18,209 nucleotides of DNA, from positions 1 through 18,209 of the IMG/VR virus record IMGVR_UViG_3300045988_089479. One strand, 5' to 3'. A program made the position numbers and the translations under genes. Below are positions 1-5,411 of this stretch, one piece after another; positions within the stretch are counted from its first letter, which is position 1; each line of letters begins with the position of its first letter. The stretch comes from a virus. A model generated the notes under the pieces. The model did not search any database, was not told the DNA's origin, and worked only from the letters and a program-made list of their open reading frames with translations.

Positions 1-99
1 ACTATCATGCAAATAGGAAGGGTGAGTGATATGTTCGATTCGGTGCTTATTATTTGCGCATGCGTTATCGGTATTGTTGTTGTTTTTGGTATGATATAG
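1..99. repeat. Left inverted terminal repeat (99 bp)
   Basis: Bases 1-99 equal the reverse complement of 18111-18209, compared base by base. Identity stops at position 100 (gag... versus tat...). ITRs are the hallmark of protein-primed linear phage genomes. Confidence 0.97.
87..95 (+). promoter_or_regulatory. Extended -10-like box TGGTATGAT inside the left ITR, reading inward
   Basis: The sequence matches TGnTATGAT. A GTG codon in frame with the first ORF starts at 102, exactly 6 nt after the hexamer, which is leaderless geometry. This is a motif match only. Confidence 0.4.
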
Positions 100-101
100 G
101 A

Positions 102-299
102 GTGGTTGCTTTGTTGGTCTTACGGTTCATCGGGTGTGCGATTTTGTTTTTCGCGCTTGTGGTGGGTATTTCTTTCACTGTTGTCGGCTTGAGTGATGCC
201 ACGCATGATGATTTTCGTAACGTGATGTCGTTTATTGCTGTCACGGTGACATTGTGTTTGGTTGCCGCCGCTCTACTGATTTTTATTTGTGGCATGTGA
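102..299 (+). CDS. Small early membrane protein with two predicted TM helices; start uncertain
   Basis: The track ORF is 54..299. Its first 16 codons (MRMRYRYCCCFWYDIG) lie in the ITR and look non-coding. Candidate starts are GTG 102 (leaderless spacing from the -10 box) or TTG 111/114 after GGAG at 99-102. The protein has two hydrophobic stretches, ALLVLRFIGCAILFFALVVGISFTVVGL and VMSFIAVTVTLCLVAAALLIFICG. Confidence 0.5.
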   Translation: MVALLVLRFIGCAILFFALVVGISFTVVGLSDATHDDFRNVMSFIAVTVTLCLVAAALLIFICGM

Positions 300-317
300 T
301 TAGGGAGGATGATTGAA

Positions 318-539
318 ATGCGTTATGGTGATATTCGTGTTGGGAAATTCAATAGCCCTCATATGGGGGGTGATGTGCGTATCGAATACTGCACGCACCA
401 ACATTTGTTTTACTTGGCGTATAATTTGACTGTGGGAGTCGCACGATGTGGCTATGACCCTGCGAAGGCGACTGAAATGCGTGCTATGGTGTTGGATGCG
501 ATGGACATTGCGGACACGCCGCTTAAGGAGAGGAGTTAG
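318..539 (+). CDS. Hypothetical early protein (73 aa)
   Basis: The track ORF is 309..539. An in-frame ATG at 318 sits 9 nt after GGGAGG (303-308). The ATG at 309 directly abuts the SD. No recognisable motif. Confidence 0.5.
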   Translation: MRYGDIRVGKFNSPHMGGDVRIEYCTHQHLFYLAYNLTVGVARCGYDPAKATEMRAMVLDAMDIADTPLKERS

Positions 540-541
540 CC

Positions 542-745
542 ATGTATTTTCGTGGTTGGATACACTCGTGGATATGCGTCACGTGTCCGGACGCTGACAG
601 TTATTGGCGGCTGCGTGCTTTTTGGGCTGGGAGGCAGCATAAGCGGAGCGCCACCAATCCGCCGAAACGCTGCCCTGACCGACAATTGTGGGCGGCTATG
701 TGGCTGTATGGGGACAGTGATTTTGTGGATGAATTGGAGTTTTGA
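542..745 (+). CDS. Hypothetical early protein (67 aa), Trp/Cys-rich
   Basis: A strong SD, AAGGAGAGGAG (525-535), lies 6 nt before ATG 542. The stop codon is 3 nt before the next start. I prefer this over the overlapping 552..782 (+) and 536..877 (-) ORFs on RBS and operon context. Confidence 0.45.
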   Translation: MYFRGWIHSWICVTCPDADSYWRLRAFWAGRQHKRSATNPPKRCPDRQLWAAMWLYGDSDFVDELEF

Positions 746-748
746 GAC

Positions 749-925
749 ATGTATAGCACTTTTGTCGCTCTCGCATATTTGAGGGACGCGCGTAAACCCC
801 CTATCGAAGTCGGTTACGCGTCCTCTTACAAGGATGCTGCGGACTTGATTAAAAAGTGGGCGTCTATCCGCTCTCATACGGAGAATATCAGCTATTTTCG
901 CGTCGAGGAACGGTATTATGTTTAG
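749..925 (+). CDS. Hypothetical early protein (58 aa), absent from the ORF track because it is under 60 aa
   Basis: My translation is MYSTFVALAYLRDARKPPIEVGYASSYKDAADLIKKWASIRSHTENISYFRVEERYYV, ending at TAG 923-925. GGAG at 736-739 lies 9 nt upstream of the ATG. The ORF fills an otherwise empty gap and overlaps the next start (918) by 8 nt, which suggests translational coupling. Confidence 0.5.
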   Translation: MYSTFVALAYLRDARKPPIEVGYASSYKDAADLIKKWASIRSHTENISYFRVEERYYV

Positions 926-1433
926 GCGCGGTGATGACAGGCGTTCTATCTACTGCATGCGCGACTTTGATGACGCGATCATGGAAAGCAAGCGTATTGT
1001 CCGCGCCACGAAAGGCCATAAGCGCGAGCTTAATCTTAAACGCTTTGACATGGGGTTTGGTGATTTTGAAACCTGCTGTCGTGCCGTGAACATGCTGTGT
1101 GAACTGTGGCGGGACGCCCCGAGCGAATGGTTTTCGCAAGCGGTGGTCATGGTATCGCAAATTGCGGGCAGTCTAACCATGTGGGATGGACTCGCCGCTG
1201 CACTATCCCGCACGTTCGACGTCGAATATTTGGACGGCTCCATCAATCCCCCTAACCTGATTGCATGGTGTGCGGTGTGCGCGGTCAAGGGCGGCACGTC
1301 ATATGACTGTTGCACGATTTTTGATAATCCGCAGGCACAAAACTTGATTATCGCCGTGTTTAAAAATTTTGACAGACTAGACACGACACGGTATAATGAC
1401 AATGAATTGCAAAAAATCTTACAAGGAGTGTGA
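918..1433 (+). CDS. Hypothetical early protein (171 aa), Cys-rich
   Basis: The ORF has GAGGAA (905-910) 7 nt upstream of its ATG. I recognise no family motif. Confidence 0.6.
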   Translation: MFRRGDDRRSIYCMRDFDDAIMESKRIVRATKGHKRELNLKRFDMGFGDFETCCRAVNMLCELWRDAPSEWFSQAVVMVSQIAGSLTMWDGLAAALSRTFDVEYLDGSINPPNLIAWCAVCAVKGGTSYDCCTIFDNPQAQNLIIAVFKNFDRLDTTRYNDNELQKILQGV

Positions 1434-1437
1434 ACAC

Positions 1438-1752
1438 ATGGCTAGAACCAAAACCGATATTTTCCGCACACGTGTGTACGCCGTGCTCAAGGGCATGGAA
1501 TTGGTGGACGGCGACTTCATGGAAGCCGAGCATGTTATCGATGGACGCCTTAAGGACGCCCGCGCGTATTCGATTCGTGCGAAGAGACTGTTTCCGAATT
1601 TCATTCCGCGTTCCATCAACATTTTTTCGCAAAAAGTCTCTATGAATGAAGAGACTTTTTACAAGTATGCGACTTTTGAGGAACCGCAGAAGTGGAACCC
1701 AGAGGAACATACAAAACGACACGCCGATGTTGAAAATAATGACGGCATGTGA
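1438..1752 (+). CDS. Hypothetical early protein (104 aa); occupies the position of phi29 p6 (dsDNA-binding protein) by synteny only
   Basis: The track ORF is 1396..1752. An in-frame ATG at 1438 follows AAGGAG (1422-1427) and avoids overlap with the upstream gene. The gene lies immediately upstream of the SSB-like gene and has the same length as phi29 p6, with an acidic C-terminus. I saw no sequence similarity to p6. Confidence 0.55.
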   Translation: MARTKTDIFRTRVYAVLKGMELVDGDFMEAEHVIDGRLKDARAYSIRAKRLFPNFIPRSINIFSQKVSMNEETFYKYATFEEPQKWNPEEHTKRHADVENNDGM

Positions 1753-1758
1753 TATAAA
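1750..1758 (+). promoter_or_regulatory. Extended -10-like box TGATATAAA
   Basis: The box overlaps the stop codon of the upstream gene and lies 56 nt before the SSB-like start. Motif match only. Confidence 0.3.
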
Positions 1759-1813
1759 AGATTTTAGGCGCAAGCCTGAAAACAAATAACAACAATCTAG
1801 GAAAGGTTAAACA

Positions 1814-2251
1814 ATGGAAAACAACAATAACACCGCACTCGTCGCATTTAACACCGAAAACACCGAACTCGGCACCGTCCAGCACTTCATCGACACTTCG
1901 ACCCGTGAAGGCAAAATCAAGCTTTACAGCGCATTGCAGAACGCCGAAAAGCTCGATGAACACCTCAACGAGCCGTTGAACATGACGAACGCAGTCGCAC
2001 AGGCGGTACAGGTGACGGACGACCAGACGGGAGAAATCTCCAATACCGTGCGCGTCATTATCGTAACCGAAGATAACAAGGCGTACGCGGCCACCTCTCC
2101 GACCCTCGCCGCAGGACTTAACACCATGTTCGGCATCTTCGGCACGCCGAACACTTGGGCGGAACCGCTGTGCATCAAGGTGGTCGAACGCCGTTCCCGT
2201 CGCGGTTTCAAGTTTTTCAGCATTGAGCCGGTGGACGAAGAGACGAAGTGA
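1814..2251 (+). CDS. Single-stranded DNA-binding protein, phi29 p5-like
   Basis: By-eye alignment to remembered phi29 p5 gives three matching blocks: EGKIKLYSALQN ~ EGQIKIFNAQTG, AVAQAVQVTD ~ AIAQYKQVSD, and IKVVERRSRRGFKFFSIEP ~ VKVVQGTSSKGNVFFSLQL. The protein starts MEN..., is of similar size, and sits upstream of the TP and polymerase genes. The RBS is GGAAAGG. Confidence 0.65.
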   Translation: MENNNNTALVAFNTENTELGTVQHFIDTSTREGKIKLYSALQNAEKLDEHLNEPLNMTNAVAQAVQVTDDQTGEISNTVRVIIVTEDNKAYAATSPTLAAGLNTMFGIFGTPNTWAEPLCIKVVERRSRRGFKFFSIEPVDEETK

Positions 2252-2254
2252 ATT

Positions 2255-2263
2255 TGCTATAAT
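2255..2263 (+). promoter_or_regulatory. Extended -10-like box TGCTATAAT
   Basis: This is a perfect TGnTATAAT, 4 nt after the SSB stop codon and upstream of the TP/polymerase genes. Confidence 0.4.
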
Positions 2264-2282
2264 CGCAATGTGAGTTCACCAT

Positions 2283-2307
2283 GAGAGCACCCTTATTGGG
2301 TGCTCTC
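2283..2307 (+). terminator. Stem-loop (10-bp perfect stem, 5-nt loop); partial terminator or 5'-UTR stabiliser
   Basis: gagagcaccc (2283-2292), loop ttatt, gggtgctctc (2298-2307). It is followed by pyrimidine-rich tctatct, which is only a weak U-tract. It lies between the -10 box at 2255 and the RBS of the next gene. Confidence 0.4.
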
Positions 2308-2329
2308 TCTATCTGAAAGGACTGCAACC

Positions 2330-3391
2330 ATGTCACGGAAGAGGAAGAAGCCAGCACCCCGCGCAGTCGTATCACGAAACTATCGCACACACCAAAATCC
2401 GGACATTAGCAACATTGCCATCAAAGCAGATAGACAGCAACGCAAGCGTGTCAAGAAGATTCAGGCCGCGCAAGCCCGCGCCGCACGCGACGTCAAACAA
2501 CTCGGCTCATACTCCCACTCGAATCTCGCCAAAACCGCAGACAAACAACTAGTCAACATCGCCAAAACGCTAGGCAAGGAGTGGGAACGGCAGAAGAAAC
2601 AGGCCATCGCGGAAGCGAAGGCAACACCCTACCATGCCACCGCCGTAGAAAAACCGACGAAAAAAGACTACATGTTCGCCCAGCGTACGCCTCTAACAGA
2701 TGCGCAGATCAGCGCGGAGCCGGTGGTGAAACGGCGTAAACTGCTCAGGCAGCAGCAGCGGAAAATCAATGCGGCACGACGGAAAATCAACGAATGGAAC
2801 AAGGCGCAGGCCATGCCCGCGAAAAGCGTGTATGACCAACGTGTGGCCGAAATCACCGGAACCACCGGTGAGGGTTTCGGACGCAATCAGATAATCCCGT
2901 CAAAACTCACCGATTTTCTTCAAATGACGAATGTGCTGAGTGATGAAGCGTTTGTGCGCTCCCAATTGGAGAGCGGCCACCGTAACGAGTTGCTTGAGCA
3001 GATGCATGACGCCGCCGAAATACTGGGTTTGCGTACCGAGCGGAAAAGCATCCCGTCCAAAAAGCGGGGAGCGGGCAGGCGGAGTAAAGACTTGTACGGC
3101 GAGCATGAGTGGCCGTCGTACATGAGTAGCGGACGCTACGAGGTGTTTGAGAAGATTCTCGCCACTACGCTCGGTTCGAAACGCCTTAAGCGGTTCCGCA
3201 GTCTATCCGACGCGCAGAAACGCGCGTTTATCGAACAGACCGACGCCCCCCGAATCGTATTCGACTGGGCGGTGTACGACCCAGTTCGGCACCTCTTCAA
3301 ATCGATATTCCGTGATAACAGCAAGGGTTATCAGCGCTCAAGACGGCAGTTTGACAGGTGGATGTCGGAAGCGGGCGCACTGGAAAAGTAG
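2330..3391 (+). CDS. Putative terminal protein (353 aa, very basic)
   Basis: The gene sits immediately upstream of the protein-primed polymerase, as in phi29 (gene 3 then gene 2). The genome has ITRs. The protein is strongly K/R-rich, with an N-terminal MSRKRKKPAPR. ATG 2330 follows GAAAGGA (2316-2322). The track start at 2300 (GTG) would run through the hairpin. I saw no direct sequence similarity to phi29 TP. Confidence 0.55.
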   Translation: MSRKRKKPAPRAVVSRNYRTHQNPDISNIAIKADRQQRKRVKKIQAAQARAARDVKQLGSYSHSNLAKTADKQLVNIAKTLGKEWERQKKQAIAEAKATPYHATAVEKPTKKDYMFAQRTPLTDAQISAEPVVKRRKLLRQQQRKINAARRKINEWNKAQAMPAKSVYDQRVAEITGTTGEGFGRNQIIPSKLTDFLQMTNVLSDEAFVRSQLESGHRNELLEQMHDAAEILGLRTERKSIPSKKRGAGRRSKDLYGEHEWPSYMSSGRYEVFEKILATTLGSKRLKRFRSLSDAQKRAFIEQTDAPRIVFDWAVYDPVRHLFKSIFRDNSKGYQRSRRQFDRWMSEAGALEK

Positions 3392-3418
3392 CGGACGGCA
3401 AACAAGGGAAGTTGTACC

Positions 3419-4873
3419 ATGACCATGCGGCAAGATAAAAGAGTGGGATTATGGTGTGTGGATAACGTCATACGTTTTACAGATGGGACTGTCATGCGCG
3501 ACATTGCCGCGCCCAATCGCCTTTTGGCGTCCATCATGTCAGGCGGCAAACTCACCGTCTACGTGACTGATCCAGAATTGCTTGAACCGTTTATGGCTCA
3601 CGTCGTACACTCCCTCCCGCACAACGAGTACAATGCTAGCTTGAGTTGGGATGCGATAGTGTCGAAAAAAGGCAAATTTTTCAGCTTCACGGCACGTGTT
3701 GACCGCGATAATTCCGCACGATTTTTCGACATATCGAATCTTTTACGAGAGAACTGCCGTATCACCATGACCGACACGCAACTGCTCAACATCCTGAAAG
3801 AATACGACAACCGTGGCTTGTGCAAAATCACCGCAGGTGGTGCAAGCATGGAAGCGTTCGCGTCCGGTGAATGGAAATGGTATTACGACAAATTTCCACA
3901 ACTGGAAACCGACGTCAAAAAGTCATTGCGTGACGCCTATATCGGCGGTTTCATGTTGGTCAAGGAAGGGATGTATGGCAAGGCTATCGACGTTGACTGC
4001 AATTCCATGTATCCGTCCATATTGCGAGATGAGTGGCTTCCGTGGGGCGAACCGGAACCATACGACGGAAAATATGAGCAGGATGATGACATGCCGTTGC
4101 ATTGTGATGAAATCACGTTTCGCGCGGAATTAAAACCGAACGGATACCCCTTTCTACTCGACAATCGAAGCGTGTACGGACTCAACCGTCTCACTTCGAC
4201 ACGTGGATATATCACGCGCGTGCTGACAGACATTGACCAACGATTATTGCACGAAAATTACGAAGTGAGCGTCTACAAGTATGTTAGGGGGTGGAAATTC
4301 CGACGCTCCAAAGGTTTCTTCCGTTCGTTCATTGATGACTGGGGGGGCTTGAAACAGCGGGCGACGGGTGAGAAACGGCAAATGGCGAAACTGATCATGA
4401 ACGCTCTTGTAGGCAAAATGGCGAGTCTGCCAAAAGGCGCCGTCATGCTACCGACCTCAAAAGACGGCATCACCCTCGACTGGGATGTCGCACAACGCGA
4501 AGAATCGAATTTGAAAACCGACTATCTGCCCGTACCAGTATGGGTCAACGCCTACGCGCGCGGCAAGCTCATGGACGTGTGCCACGCGAATGCCGATAGA
4601 CTCCTGTATGCGAACACGGATGGTTGTATTTTGAGCGGTTGGGGGCCGGTAAAGTCGTGTGACATACATCCAACCGAACTCGGCAAGTGGAAGATCGCCG
4701 CAAAATACGAGAGACTGACTATCCTTGGAATGAACCGTTATCAAGGATGGAGAGAAGACGGTGAAGTGGACGTCTGCATGGCCGGGAACATGCTCTCCCA
4801 GCCTATCCCCTACGAGAAGTTTAGACATGGCGTGCAAGTGCGAGATGATTACGGAACCGCGGTTATGCTATAA
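3419..4873 (+). CDS. Family-B protein-primed DNA polymerase (484 aa)
   Basis: The phi29-type motifs are present. Pre-motif A is YIGGF (phi29 YRGGF). Motif A is DVDCNSMYPS (phi29 FDVNSLYP). Motif B is KLIMNALVGKM (phi29 KLMLNSLYGKF). VNAYAR matches phi29 ITAWAR. Motif C is YANTDG (phi29 YCDTDS). The KxY region is LGKWKIAAKYERL (phi29 LGYW...KRAKYL). The A-to-B and B-to-C spacings leave room for TPR1- and TPR2-like insertions. Confidence 0.9.
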   Translation: MTMRQDKRVGLWCVDNVIRFTDGTVMRDIAAPNRLLASIMSGGKLTVYVTDPELLEPFMAHVVHSLPHNEYNASLSWDAIVSKKGKFFSFTARVDRDNSARFFDISNLLRENCRITMTDTQLLNILKEYDNRGLCKITAGGASMEAFASGEWKWYYDKFPQLETDVKKSLRDAYIGGFMLVKEGMYGKAIDVDCNSMYPSILRDEWLPWGEPEPYDGKYEQDDDMPLHCDEITFRAELKPNGYPFLLDNRSVYGLNRLTSTRGYITRVLTDIDQRLLHENYEVSVYKYVRGWKFRRSKGFFRSFIDDWGGLKQRATGEKRQMAKLIMNALVGKMASLPKGAVMLPTSKDGITLDWDVAQREESNLKTDYLPVPVWVNAYARGKLMDVCHANADRLLYANTDGCILSGWGPVKSCDIHPTELGKWKIAAKYERLTILGMNRYQGWREDGEVDVCMAGNMLSQPIPYEKFRHGVQVRDDYGTAVML

Positions 4874-4874
4874 T
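4866..4874 (+). promoter_or_regulatory. Extended -10-like box TGCTATAAT overlapping the polymerase stop codon
   Basis: This is a perfect TGnTATAAT (TG 4866-4867, TATAAT 4869-4874). The predicted transcription start is around 4879-4881. Confidence 0.45.
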
Positions 4875-4879
4875 ATCTA

Positions 4880-5047
4880 TGTCTTGTGAGCGCCAATTTT
4901 TGACTGGGAGCGACACAGGTCGGACTACCACGGCTGAGAATGCCGCCGACGGTGATTTGCTGTTGTGGTAACAGTGCCCTACGAATTTCAATTTTGCGCT
5001 CTGATAGGACAGTCAGACCCTCGCGTGATTGCGGGGGTCATTTTATT
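4880..5047 (+). ncRNA. Candidate structured non-coding RNA of about 168 nt with a phi29 pRNA-like fold (hypothesis)
   Basis: The region is bounded by the -10 box and an intrinsic terminator, and it lacks an SD-led ORF. Hand-derived pairings follow. A terminal helix pairs 4880-4893 with 4996-5011 (14 bp with a 2-nt bulge). A second stem pairs 4914-4916 and 4919-4923 with 4946-4950 and 4952-4954. It carries a 7-nt one-sided bulge, ACUACCA (4924-4930), and a capping hairpin 4931-4945. A third hairpin spans 4960-4974 and has loop GUGGU (4965-4969), which is complementary to the bulge. Confidence 0.45.
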
Positions 5048-5049
5048 TT
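5016..5049 (+). terminator. Intrinsic terminator at the end of the early/replication region
   Basis: A 9-bp GC-rich stem pairs gaccctcgc (5016-5024) with gcgggggtc (5031-5039), including one G-U pair. The loop is 6 nt and is followed by attttatttt. Confidence 0.75.
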
Positions 5050-5059
5050 GCTTGCGGCA

Positions 5060-5068
5060 TGATATAAT
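5060..5068 (+). promoter_or_regulatory. Extended -10-like box TGATATAAT (candidate late promoter)
   Basis: This is a perfect TGnTATAAT just downstream of the terminator. It lies 36 nt before the scaffold start codon, whose RBS is TAAGGAG (5091-5097). Confidence 0.5.
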
Positions 5069-5103
5069 TTTGGTGAAAACACTACCAGCGTAAGGAGTTT
5101 TGC

Positions 5104-5391
5104 ATGGCAGACCCAAATACCGAAGGCGAGGAAACCACTACTCCGCCGCCGACCGAAGAGGAACAGCAGACGGAAACCGTGAACGATGAAGTCAAGCCGA
5201 AAGAGGAACAGGAACCGGAACCGAAGCAGGAGCCGGACGTTTCCGCACGCCTTGACAGCATCGAAAAGGAATTGGCCGCACTGAAAGCCATGATGGACAC
5301 GCTCGGCTACACCGAACCCACCCCCACCGACAACGACAACGATGGCGACGGCGACAACGACGGCGAGTCAATCGAAGATTTGTTCGACTAA
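5104..5391 (+). CDS. Putative scaffolding protein (95 aa, highly acidic)
   Basis: The gene lies immediately upstream of the capsid gene, as phi29 gp7 does, and is of similar size. It has a central helical segment (ARLDSIEKELAALKAMMDTL) flanked by E/D/P/T-rich tails. Confidence 0.6.
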   Translation: MADPNTEGEETTTPPPTEEEQQTETVNDEVKPKEEQEPEPKQEPDVSARLDSIEKELAALKAMMDTLGYTEPTPTDNDNDGDGDNDGESIEDLFD

Positions 5392-5411
5392 AATAGTTAG
5401 GAGATAATATA

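Noticed and set aside
54-101. ATG 54 or ATG 60 as the start of the first ORF, as in the ORF track
   Set aside because: These codons lie inside the ITR. The encoded MRMRYRYCCCFWYDIG looks like translated non-coding sequence. The mirrored copy at the right end runs into a stop after 19 codons. A start at GTG 102 or TTG 111/114 fits the local promoter and SD signals better, but this remains uncertain.
536-877. Alternative ORFs at 552..782 (+) and 536..877 (-) in the early region
   Set aside because: Neither has an RBS. The + strand pair 542..745 and 749..925 both have well-spaced SDs and tile the region without gaps. Confidence in all small early ORFs is nevertheless modest.
1392-1404. TATAAT at 1392-1397 followed by ATG 1402 as another leaderless start
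   Set aside because: Only 4 nt separate the hexamer from the ATG, and the box lacks the TG extension. It lies inside the upstream coding region. An SD-led ATG at 1438 explains the gene better.
2300-2329. GTG 2300 as the start of the terminal-protein candidate
   Set aside because: This start would lie inside the 2283-2307 hairpin and has no SD. ATG 2330 has GAAAGGA at proper spacing.
4879-4971. 30-codon ORF (MSCERQFLTGSDTGRTTTAENAADGDLLLW) inside the polymerase/scaffold intergenic region
   Set aside because: It has no SD, and the ATG is only 4 nt from the -10 hexamer. The region has extensive base-pairing potential, which is more consistent with a structured RNA. A leaderless micropeptide cannot be fully excluded.
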